This document shows positions 49,024-60,209 of a DNA stretch of 64,000 bases, in pieces. Under the pieces are notes generated by a model. It was not told the DNA's origin and did no database searches. It saw only the letters and a program-made list of their open reading frames with translations. Made by a program: the position numbers and the translations under genes. Source of the stretch: Amoebophrya sp. A120. Its lineage: Eukaryota > Protista > Dinoflagellata. Numbering within the stretch: position 1 is the first letter of the stretch; every line of letters begins with the position of its first letter. The stretch spans positions 9,249,412 through 9,313,411 of the forward strand of contig CAJINV010000002.1 in the NCBI GenBank assembly GCA_905178155.1, written 5' to 3'.

Positions 49024-52000
49024 ATGACACTAACTGCCGATAGCAAGAACGCAGCAACAGCCAGCACTGCTCTGGTTGTGCCGTCTGCAGACCAGATGAT
49101 GAGGCTACCGTCGCTGCCGCATGAGCAGCTGATGGAGAAGAAGCAGCAATTTTTTCTTGAAACTGCGGAGAAAATCGCCAACGTCAAGCTGCCCGCCAAC
49201 GCTGCGGCGGCTTCGAGTGCGAAGAAGAGTAGCGCGAAGGCGAGCAAGAATGTTGACCCTTTCAACGTGAAAAATGGAAAAGAAGAGAAAGACACTTCCT
49301 ATCAAATCGCTGCATCGCCCGAGACCGTTGGGAATCTCGCTTTGTTCTTCCACATTTTGAAAAACCAGATCCTCACCCCGGACTTGCTCGTCGACAAGAT
49401 CGCGACTTCCGTCGCCACGACCGCAATGTCGTCCTCGGAACACCAGCCTGGTACAACAGCTAGTAAGCCGAAACCGAAGTCCAAGGCCGCCGCGAAGAAC
49501 AACAAGAATTCTGCCTGCAGCGCGGAAAACTACAACGCTTTGGCGTTCAAAACGGAAAAGGCGCAGGCGATCGTGAACTTTTTGGTGAAGGAGGTCAAGG
49601 CGAGCAAGAGCTTCGAGCAGTCGAGCATTCTGAAGCGGGTAAACATCGTGGAGGGAAAGGAGGACGAAGACCAGGCTTTGCTCGCGCTGAAAGACGTTGC
49701 AGGAGAGCAGGAAGATGGCAGTGACGGCGAGGAGATCCTCGATTCTCCGAACAAGAAGTTCAAGCCGCGCGGAAAATCCAAGGAAACAGAGATGGAAGTG
49801 GAGCAAGAGGGGTTTATGAACTGCAAAAGTATCGTACTCGTACTCGTAGTTATTGCAGTCATGCATTACAAATCTTTTACTTTTTCGTTAGGTAAATCCG
49901 CATGACAAATTTTATTTCTCATGCTGAGAAAATTTGTAATGCATTTATACGAGTGCGATACTTTTGCACAGGATAGGGCTTGCTGCTCAGCAAAACGACC
50001 AGAACGTCCTGTCCAACATGTTCAACGCGGACGAAGAACAGGCTTTGGAAAAGGAAAACTTCGATCTCTTTTTCGATCTCAAGCTCGAATATTTAAGCTT
50101 TCTCCTGCTGCAGAAGGAAGACGTTTCGGAAAATAAGTCGAAGACGGTAGCCACGACGTCCCAAAAGGGGAAGAAAACCCCGCGCTCCCAACCGGCGGCA
50201 GAACAAGCAGAGTCGAAAAAACGCACGATCATCTTCCACACGGGCGCGGGCGTCTCGACCGCCGCCGAGATTCCGGATTTTCGCGGGCCGGAGGGCGTGT
50301 GGACCGCGTATCCTGCGCAAAAACGTTCCCACCCCATAGTCAAGTTGGGGAATCTGCTAGACAAATCAACCAGCTTTGGCTGCTGCGCATGACAAGTCTG
50401 GCCTCGTAGTGTAATCCTGTTTGGCTTGTTTAGCAGCATTACAGATTTGGCATAGCGTGCGTATTGGAGCATAACAAATTCAAAAACACGACTAGAAAAC
50501 GCTGCTCATGGGGCTCCGCATGAGAAACATTTTCAGCATGAGCGTGTAGATTTGCATTACAACTATGGAGTGGGGACGTTTTTACTCAGGATACCGCGCG
50601 GACGAAGAACTTCGCACCTCCCGAGACTGCGACTTCCAAGTACTTTAAGCTGAAATCCGCGAACAAGGAAAGTACGGATGAGGAGGAGGACTACGATTTT
50701 GAGAACATCGAATTCAACGTCGACGAGGAAACGGGGGAGATGAAGGTGGTTGAGGTTGACCCGCTGGAATTCGAGAAGCGGAAGGCGGACAAGATCCAGG
50801 CGAAGATTGACTTGAAGGATATAACCCGCTCAGGTGTTACAATCTCAAACGTTACAATAGAATCTGGAATTTGTGTTGCAAGAAGTGCACAATCTACCCT
50901 ACTCCCACAGGATTGCGCATGACAAGTTCTGGAGTCCCAATCCGCACTACAATCTGGCGAAATTTGTATTGCAAAAAGTGGAACGCTGTCCGAGTCTGTC
51001 ATGTTGGTAATGCAAGACAAATCTCAGATTCTATTGTAACGTTTGAGATTGTAACACCTGAGCAGGTTATAGAGGAGCGGATTACGAAGATGAAGTTTAA
51101 CCCGCCCCTGCTGTTCGAACACGCCAACCCGACGAAGGCGCACTGGGTGATCCGCGTGCTGAACGACCAGAAGCTGGTCGCCCACGTGGTCACGCAGAAC
51201 TGTGATGGGCTCCACAGCCGGACCGGGTTGCGCGGAAAGGAAGTGATCTCGGAGTTGCACGGCAACGCGTTCTTGGAAGAGTGTCACACCTGCGGGGAGT
51301 CGTTCTGGCGCGACTTTGACACGTGCAGGTACCGTAGTGCGCGGTTTTTGTTGCGAAACTTGGTTTTTTTTCTTTTCGTTGCGAAAGTAATGTGAGATGC
51401 GGACGTCGATGTTGAAGGTAGTTTGTTTCGAAAAAAGAATGCACCCGAAAATGCACGAAGTTGCAATACACATTAACCCAGAATCCACGGCATTTACGAC
51501 AACTCCGCGAACACGAAGCCGAACCAGCGCGACCGCGGCACCGGCCGCTTGTGCGACTACTGCCACACGGGCATTCTGCAGGACACGATTTCGTACTTTG
51601 GGGAGAAGCTGCGCGACTTCGAGAACGCGTTCAAGGTTTGCAAACCGGCCATGCTGGCCGGCGCGTTCAAGAACTCGTCGAAAATGAAGTTTGTCGCGAA
51701 TGAAGGAAACAAAAATGAGAAAATCAAAGACACCGTCGTCGTTGACACCAGCTCCCAAACCTTTGCAGAGCACGTGCACATTGTGCTGGGCACTTCCCTC
51801 GCCGTCAAACCCGCAAACACGCTGCCGAACTACGGCCCGCTGTGCTTCATCGTTTCGAACAAGCAAACGCACAAGGACAAGCACAACTGCAAGATTGGTG
51901 GAATTCTGGTGAAGACCTCGTGCGACTTATCGCAAGAAAAAACTGTTTATTCACTGTAAACTTGTAATGCAGAAACTGTATCTGAGAAGTGTTTGTCATG

Positions 52001-55000
52001 CTACACATGCAAGACGCTAGGTTTTCCCTGTCTTTTCCCTGAGGAATCTCGCATGGCAAATTTTCCCTGGGATGTAGAACAAACTTGTGATGCAAAACTT
52101 GCAAAATCCTTACAGTGAGACACTTTTTTCGTACGATACGACTTCTTCTGCGTGAAGCTGTGGGAGAAGGTGTTGGAGAAGAAAATCTTGGAAACGAAGG
52201 ACGGTAGCACGCAGAAAAAGCTCGACTTCGAGAACTTGAACGAACAGGTGACGTTTTACGAGGTGATCGCGGAAAATGAGTCCCTGAAACTGAACTACAA
52301 CTTCTTCAACACCCTGATTCTGTTCAACGAGAACGAACCCTACTTGCGCCCGGGCTTTGAGCAGCCGGGGTTCAAGCGCGCACCGCCGGTGATCGTGAAA
52401 AAGGAGGAGAAGGAGCAGCTCTCTATCGCGGACAAGACCACCGAAGCTGCTGGTGCTTCTGCAGACACGACCATGAAGCAAGAACCCCAGAAGGTCGCCG
52501 AGGCCGAACAAGTTGCGACATCGAGTGTGGCCGTGTCTACTCAGCAACAGCCCTCGTGGGCCGAGAAGCAGAACGATGAGGAGGAGAAGCGGAAACAGCG
52601 GTTCGCGGAACTCCAGCGGCGGCACGAGGAGGCGCGGGCGCGCCAGCGTGCGGTGGCCCTGAAGAAGGAGCTGGATCTGAAAAAGCAGGCGCTGGCGGTC
52701 TACCGCTACCCGACCGCGGTCCAGTTCAAGAAGTCCTGGGACAAGAACCACTTGAAGGCGCTGCGCATCGTCCCGCTGTTCATGATGAGCGAGGAGAAGC
52801 GCGGGTACACGCAGGAGGGGAAGTGCGACGAGCTGTTCGTGATGTGCATGCAGGAACTGACCATCAACGGCAAATCCCTGCTGCCCACCATCGACCCGGC
52901 CACCGGCTGGATCCAGCTCGAGGTAAAGGAAGACGAGAACGGGACGGAGTTGAGCGCGAAGAACTTGTTCGGCTTGCCGAACGGCAGCTTCAAACTGAAC
53001 TTCGCGAACGGACAGAACGCGGCAATTGCTTCCGCGAGTTCTTCCGCGACCAGCATGAGTGCCAAGGCGCACTTCACCCCGCGGTCCAGCTCCGCGTCGA
53101 GTTCCGCCTGCGGGGACAACGACATCAAGATGCTGTTGTCCGATGACGAAAACGGGTCGTCCGCTGCGTCCGCCTCCGGCGTTTCGAGCTCCACCACCGC
53201 GAACTCGAACAAACAGAAGATCGACCTGTCCGACTTGTCCAACATCACCGTGCAGTACGACTTCCTGCGTCCCGGCGAGAAGCGGCTGCGGTCCGGGAAT
53301 TCCTCCTGCTCCTCCGCGGCGAGCGCGAGTTCCCACTCGGACGGCGACGGCATGGATTCCGGCGAGGATGACCCCTACCACTACAAATTCTCCGGCGGCG
53401 AGCGAGTCTTGCGGTCGGACGGGACGCCGGTGGACTTGGAGCAGTTGCAGAAGGCCATGGAAGAAGGTGTACCGTTCGGAACTACCGCTGCGAACAAGGG
53501 GGCCGATGAAACTGCGAAGACTGGTGCCACTGCGGCCGCTGCCGCGACCCCGAATAATAAACCGGTGAACAAGACCGCTGTGTCCACCGTCCTTGCCGCG
53601 GCGAAGCCGAAGGCGATGATGAAAAAGCCGGTGCAGAACGAGGTGAACCACTTCAAGGCCGTGGTGCTGGATTTTGACCAGACGCTGTCCAAAATCCACC
53701 TGTACAAGGTGCTCACCGACCCGCGCGAGGGCTTCGACTGCAGCGACGAGGCGGATCAGCTGAACGCTTTGCACGCGGATTTCCACAAAGATCTCTTCAA
53801 GCGGTGCTTCGGGGACGACAACGACCAAAAGGAGCTGGCCGAGTGGCTGATCGCGCTGTCGGGTCTGGTATGCATTGCAAATATGTCTGGGTCTGGAAGG
53901 ATGCGAACTTGTGATGCGCATTTCACAACACAGACAAATCTCTCATCCATGCATAGGTAGCAAAAGGTGCCCATTCCCTGCCACCAAAATAGGGGATTTG
54001 TCGTGCGGATTAAGCAATGCGGAAGCTTCTCGAAATCTGTGATGCTAGGGCTTTCTTGACAGACATTGTGTGTCATGCAAAAACAGCAAGACTCTTCCAG
54101 ACCCAGACACTTTTGCATTTGATATCTGGTCCCGGGGGTCTTTGTCTGCTCGTTCGGCTACCACACGGTCTGCTTCCAGATGCTGGACCAGTTGCTGAAG
54201 AAGTTCAACTCCTCCGCGGAGAACGTTTTCCGCGGGATCTTCGGGAAGGGAAACCTCGTCAACGTCCCGGGAAGTCGGGAGACCAAGGCGGACACGATCT
54301 TCTTCAAGATCATGCAGCAAAAACTGGATGCGCGGTTTCTGTTCGTTGACGACGACGAGAAGAACTGCATGTCGGTGGCCAGCGAAAAGTACTTCTGGAA
54401 CGCGGACGCGTTCTGCCCGGGCGGAAGTTTGAGCGGTGAGACGAGTGTAGTTGCAGCAGGGGAGCATCAGAACAAGGGCCTGACCAAGGCGGATCTCAAG
54501 ATCCTGACCGAGTACATCATCCACAACACTTTGACTGACAACAGTGCCGAGTTCGACTGGGAAACGCCGCGGTTCAAGGCGTTGGCGGAGGGGGAGAGTA
54601 TCAAGAAGAAAAATCCCCCCTCCCCATATCGAAAACGAAATTTGTGATGCTGTATTTGAGTACACAAATCCGATTTGTCTTCCTGGAGAGGACTGCAGAC
54701 CCATATCAAGCCTGAGTAGAGAGGCTTTGACCTGGGCGCTTGGCATGAAAAACGTCCGCGCTGTAGGCTCAACAGCATGACAAACCGCCTGGAGAATGCG
54801 GCGGAGCCTGTGGAGTTGCCTTCATGCAACACAGAGACGATTTGTGGTCACAAATCAGCAATACAAATTTTCGAAAGCGTACCTGTTCAATATGGGGAGG
54901 GGGGATTTTTCCTTTTGATAGAGAGGGTCGGGTCGTTTGTCTGCCTGCGGAAGGTTCCGGAGAAACCTGCAGAAAGTGGTGCGCCCGCTGCTGGTGATGA

Positions 55001-55652
55001 GCCGGACGTGTTCAAGATGGAGACGGATGAGAAGAAGGATAATGGCGAGACGAAAGCAGATCCTACTTCCGCGGCTGCCGGCGCGGCTGATCAGAGTAAG
55101 CCCGCTGAAGAGGAGGAGGATGAGGCGAAGAAGATGCAGAAGTACGTGGAGCCCAGCGTTTTGAAGCAGATGCGCAAGGAAAATGAGGACAACTGGAACT
55201 ACGTGATTGACGTGCGCATCAAGTTCAAGAACGGTGTGGTCGTGGAGGCGAAGAAGATTGACGCCCGGCAGCACGCCATGTGGTTCAACCTGCAGCCGGA
55301 GAAAACCGAGGAGAAGCAGGCTGGAAAGGGAGGTAAGGGCCGCGGCAAGGGGGGAAAGGGGAAGGGCAGGACCCAGCCCCGCTTCACCACCGGCGGAGGA
55401 GTCGATCGGTACGCAAATCATGTGGAGGAGGAGCAACGGGGCTGGGCTTCTGGAAATCAGCGCCACAACGCGCAGCAGGAGGCGCAGCGGTGGGTGTCGG
55501 GCGGTGGGGACCAGCGGTACGCACAGTGGGGCAATGCCGGTGGCAATGATCAGCACCAGCAGGCCTACGCGAACTACAAGCGGAATGCGCCGAGTGGGAG
55601 AGGGGAGGAACAGTACAACAACTATGGGGAGTGGGGAATGCAGGGGTGGTAA
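49024..55652 (+). CDS. Class IV (SIRT6/7-like) sirtuin fused to a downstream HAD-like domain, ~1652 aa; six introners and one GT-AG intron (51329-51481)
   Basis: [40 protein letters not shown]...CDYC, LGTSLAV; later VVLDFDQTL and LFVDDDEKN. Spliced length 4959 nt = 1653 codons. Confidence 0.85.
49815..49975. mobile_element. Introner, family C (161 bp), interior inverted relative to 23418/25256
   Basis: TAT...ATA; TIR tgcaaaagtatcg.actcgta; direct repeat gggtt/gggct. Confidence 0.88.
50309..50593. mobile_element. Introner, family B (285 bp)
   Basis: tatcctg...caggata; direct repeat ccgcg/ccgcg; removal gives GVWTA-RTKN. Confidence 0.9.
50820..51071. mobile_element. Introner, family G-like (252 bp)
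   Basis: 47-bp TIR with 1 mismatch (tataacc.gctcaggtgttacaatctcaaacgttacaatagaatctg); direct repeat aagga/gagga. Confidence 0.92.
51928..52138. mobile_element. Introner, family E (211 bp)
   Basis: TAT...ATA; direct repeat cgact/cgact; removal gives TSCD-FFCV. Confidence 0.9.
53869..54124. mobile_element. Introner, family A, opposite orientation to 33875 (256 bp)
   Basis: TAT...ATA; direct repeat tctgg/tctgg; removal gives LSGL-VPGV. Confidence 0.9.
54599..54920. mobile_element. Introner, family D (322 bp)
   Basis: TIR tatcaa.a..aaaaatcccccctccccatat; direct repeat gagag/gagag; removal gives EGER-VGSF. Confidence 0.9.
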
Positions 55653-56486
55653 AGAGTTGAGAAGGATTTTTTGAATGAGAACGATGTTTGTGCTGGTATC
55701 TGTAGGTATCTGTAAGCACAGTCGGTTCTTCGCGTTACATCGTATTCTGTATCTATCCTCGGAAGTTGAGTTTCAGTTTTAAAAGTTTCATCAAAACTTG
55801 ACGTATGACCACTTGATCTTGAATAACTGTTATAGCTTTACAGCCAGTAAGTATGTTTCTAACATGTAAATGTATAACTTTTGTAAAACTAGTACCGAAA
55901 GCGCACTTACAGATTCATTTAGCGCTCCAACATTAAGCAGCTTCAGTAGGTATGTACATGAAAATTTATGTTTTCGCATTGGTTTAAACGCCAGCGCACC
56001 ATCCATCATTTTAGGGAATAAATTGTTTTTCTGTCGTGATTGAGCACTGACTTTGAAATCAGCAACGTCGAGCAATGTTTGGATTTTGTGACCTGCTTCT
56101 TCATTGGGTATCACTATGAATCGTCTGAGTTGTTGCCGTTTGTTTCCACTATCATTCTTTCATCGCTACAGCCGATTTTCTACTTCAGGTCCCGAATTGT
56201 TCTTCATTGTTGTAGCAAGTCAACTCGTAAAAGTGAGAAGAGGAAGTGTTGCATTTGTGGGCGTGGTATTCCAATCAAGTGGTCTGAGTATTTCTGCTAT
56301 CGGTCGTCCGAGCACATCTGGAGTCACTGTCACGAGCATGTGCTCGTCGCTGTGAACTACGGAAGCGTCCTAAGGTCGGTCGTGTAAAAGTAAACCCCAA
56401 AATCTTCCACTGCTTGGCCTGACTCTGATCTCCCAGTTGTATGTTTCGCTAGTTACGATAGTTAGAGCATTTCCTTTTCGACAAAA

Positions 56487-59400
56487 ATGGTATCCTCAGA
56501 GCCTCCGCCCAAGGCTGCAAAGGAACCAAACAGCGGCAAATACCAGCACAAACCGCGCAAGACCGACATCCACACCGCCACGTCCACCGAGAACTGCACT
56601 TCCCAGCTCCGTTTTCTCAAAAACTACTGCCGGACCAACTTCTGCGGACCATGTCTCGCGGGCTTAGCCGTCCCTGTCTTACTGGTGCTCTTCCTCACCT
56701 ACGCTGCGGCAGCCGTACCAGTCGTGATTGTCGGTGGGATCATCGGCTTGTTGCAGAAAACTCTCATTCCGCTCCTCGTCGAGTACTGGTACCAGCTGCG
56801 ATGCGTTGGAAGCTGGCATGTTTGGTACATGAAAAGAAAAGCGCGACTCGACGAGGAAATTTACCACTCCAGAACCGCGGATCTACGCGTCGAGCTGATT
56901 CCCGGGCGGCGGTGGGTGCACTTGATTCCCATGTTCCAGGACAACTACGCCTATCTCATTGTGGATTTGCGGGACCCAAAGAACTTCTCGAAGTTTCTGA
57001 AGGAATGGAGCGAGAATAAAAAGATCGCGAAGAAGTCTAGTGCTGTGGTGAAGGACAAGGACGCAGGAGCTGGGGCACCGGCCCCGACAGACGATGATGA
57101 CGCACCGGGACATCAAGTAAGGCCAAATGAAGTAGACGCGAAACCGAAAATCGACGACGCGGCCGGAAAGGAAGAGTCGGCAAGCAGAGACACAGAGGAA
57201 GTAGACGACCTTGCAGCGGAGGGCGCAAAGCTGGAACGAGACCTGCTCGCAAGCGTGAACACGGCTGAAGAACTCCACCTAGAAGACGACGAGGAAACCG
57301 TGACGCTTGAAGGCCCGATCTTCGAGGGCGTTCTGATCGATCCGGCTGCGGGGGAGTCAGTTGAGCGCGCGGTGGACTACATCAGTCACGAGTTTTACGG
57401 CTGCGAACTGAATTTGGAGGCGATTCTAACGACGCACAAGCACTGGGACCACAGCGGCGGGAATGTGTATTTTCGGAAACAGTACCCGGACACGAACCAG
57501 CTGGACATATACGCGACGGAGTGCAATTTACCATCATTGCAGTCCTGGCAGAACTTCACGACGGTGAGCGGAGACGATCTTACAGGTAGCGGAAATAAAA
57601 GATCAAAACGGCAAGCTGGCTGTATCCTCTCCATCCAATCCTTCCTCTCCAAGTGCTTGAACCGCACGCCGATCTGCTTTCTTCCCGTCGTTTTCGCGAT
57701 TTCCATCATGTACCACAGTGTGCTGTTTTTCGTGATCTTCCCTGTGAGAAAATTCTTCCAGTCAATCCTCGACGTGCTGGCGTGCTGTTTTCTTCCCTGC
57801 GGCTGTTGCTTTAGCTGCTGTCCACGGCGGCTGCGGAGGGTGCAGGTGGTGAACAAACAGCTGATCAAGGACAAGGAAATCTTCAAAATCGGCACGAACA
57901 TGACTTTCCAATGCATGATCACGCCCGCGCATACGAGGACCCACGGAATTTTCTTGTTGCTCGATCCGGCGTTTACGGTGGAGCAGAATTTGGACCCGAA
58001 AACCTGCCCAAGGATAGGACTGCCGAGGCAGGCGCAGGAAGTGACGGACTCTTCACGAAGAGGGAAGAATTTTAGTGAAGCGCCAACATCTTCTTCTACC
58101 ACTGTAGTTGCAAAACAACCACCTCCAGGGGCTGCTGTAAAAGCTGCGCCCAAAGCTACGACCCAAATGCAAATGAACTTTCCCAAGCACGCTCTGTTCA
58201 CCGGCGACACGATCTTTTGCGGCGGTCACGGCGCTTGCTTCGAGGGCAACGAGATTGAGATGCTGCGGAATTTCTATTTGATCCTCATCTCCTGTTCCAA
58301 GAACACCTTGCTCTTTCCGGGCCACGAGTACACGAACATGCTCCTTTCCGACCAGCTGAGCAACATCGGGATGTACACAAATTCTCTGAACTTGAAGGAA
58401 TTCTCCGACATCTGTTTTCAGACCTGGACGAGTTTGCACCGACGGAACATGACCGAAGCAAAAGAACGAGTGCCGACGGTACCTTTGCATTTGGAGGACG
58501 AGGTCTTGCTGAATCCGAATTTCCGGATTGTCCAGGAAAGAAGGTTGCGGATGGTGGAGCTGTTTCAGAAGCGATTTTTGAAAATGAACACAAGCGGTGA
58601 GGAAAAAGGAAAGGAAGGCGAGGGTCGTGAACCAAGCGGAGCAAGTGCTGCGAATACCGGCGCGTCTTCGCCTCCAGAAAAGAAGAAAGATTCGGAAAAG
58701 GAGAACGACGACACCCTCGCGACTGTCGCGTCGCCAACTGACATTTCCCCCTTGCTTGTCGCGCCAGAACAGCAAACCGTTGGCGGGAACAGTTCGTCGA
58801 CGGCGACCACGCCTCTGGTGAACACAGCCGTGGCAGCAAATGAGCAAAAAGGAAAAGACACAGCTGCGTCTTCGAAACCCGAAATAAACAAAGGCTTCTT
58901 CCAACCTCCACAGCGGCCGTTGTTTGCGCAAACGCACGAGACGTTGAAAGAGCGCACGAAGTTTCAAGTGATTCCCGACGTAGAGTGGCAGCGGTTCAAG
59001 AAAAAAATCCCGCCAGACCTCCTCTCCGAGTTTGAAAAGCTCGAAAAAATTGCGCAAACCACCCCGATGAAACACGGGGAAGAGTTTGAGACGCCGCATC
59101 TGGCGGATGTGGGCTTAGGATTGCAAATTGTCGGGTTGACAGGAAAGAAAGACGGCATGATTTCGAAATCCGACTTGCTGATGATGCTGCCGGTCGCGGA
59201 AGAAAGCGAAAGGCAGCAAGACGAAGACGGAAACACCGGTGCGACGACAGCTGGACTAAAAGCCCAGGGCACAGATGCACAAGCAGCGGCAGAGCAAGTC
59301 GGACCATCTCTCGCATCTCTCCAAGCCGCGCTAGACAAGTGCTTTCGGAAAGGGGAATCAGGTGGGGATCAGGTCGAGGTGGATTTTCTGTCCTTTGACG

Positions 59401-60209
59401 AGCTCGCTGCGAAATTGGATCCGGAAAAATACGGCATCGATACGAGAAGTTATTGCTCACGGTGTGGCTCGGGTTTACTCGGTTGTTTGAAATCGTGCGT
59501 CTGTTGTGGAGGGAAAAGGTTTTGATGATCTGGGTTTTCTTTTCGTTTTTTCAAATTGGTTCGAGCGGCAACATGAAACTTCACACTTGTCCATCTACAC
59601 GCAAATTGCATCTGTGTAGCGTTCACGCAAATTGGTATTTCAGCGAATGTTGTCGAACTTTTATATCGAAAATTCAGCTCAACCGAAGAAGAACAAGCCG
59701 AAAGCGAAAAAGATGACGCGGAGGAAGAGGATCCAAGCACGATTTTGCTCAAACTCTACGCACAAAGAGAAAAGCAAGACCATCGCCTGCCGGACTGCAC
59801 ACTATGCCGGAGTTGGGTGCCGGATAAGAAATTTCCATTGGCTCGGGAGATGCTGAAGGAGTTGTCGTTTGATCATGTGAAGAAACAGATCGGCGCAGAG
59901 CAAAACGATGGTGCGGAGATCGAGGACACTGCAGGGGGTAGCAATTCCCCAGCGGCAGATGAGCAAAAGGAGGCGAGTAGGAACAACGCTGAAGATGCGG
60001 CGAATAAAAAACCGGAAGATGAAGCGCTTGAGACTGGCGAAGGAGGTGATGAAGATGAGAAGAATAGGAAAAAACGAGCGAAAAATCCGTCATGCTTCTA
60101 CGCAGCAGGTATGTTGCGACAAAGAACGACAAAAACTGCTGCGGACAGTAAGTCTACTAACTCTGCGGTTGTCACGATAGCAACTCCTGATCACAGCACT
60201 GCATCATGA
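56487..60209 (+). CDS. Hydroxyacylglutathione hydrolase (glyoxalase II)/PNKD-like metallo-beta-lactamase with hydrophobic segments; probable second exon 59678-60209
   Basis: DNYAYLI, ILTTHKHWDHSGGN, TPAHTRTH, LFTGDTIFCGG, PGHEYT motifs. A phase-2 GT-AG intron at 59519-59677 would join the 59745 ORF in frame; otherwise the gene stops at 59525. Confidence 0.85.

Noticed and set aside
52110-53921. 603-aa minus-strand ORF and many similar antisense ORFs
   Set aside because: Shadows of GC-rich plus-strand coding exons, with no domain motifs.
14606-54920. Ciliate-type internal eliminated sequences
   Set aside because: Standard genetic code, GC-rich exons and variable 5-bp repeats outside TAT...ATA ends fit introners better; DNA-level excision cannot be strictly excluded from sequence alone.
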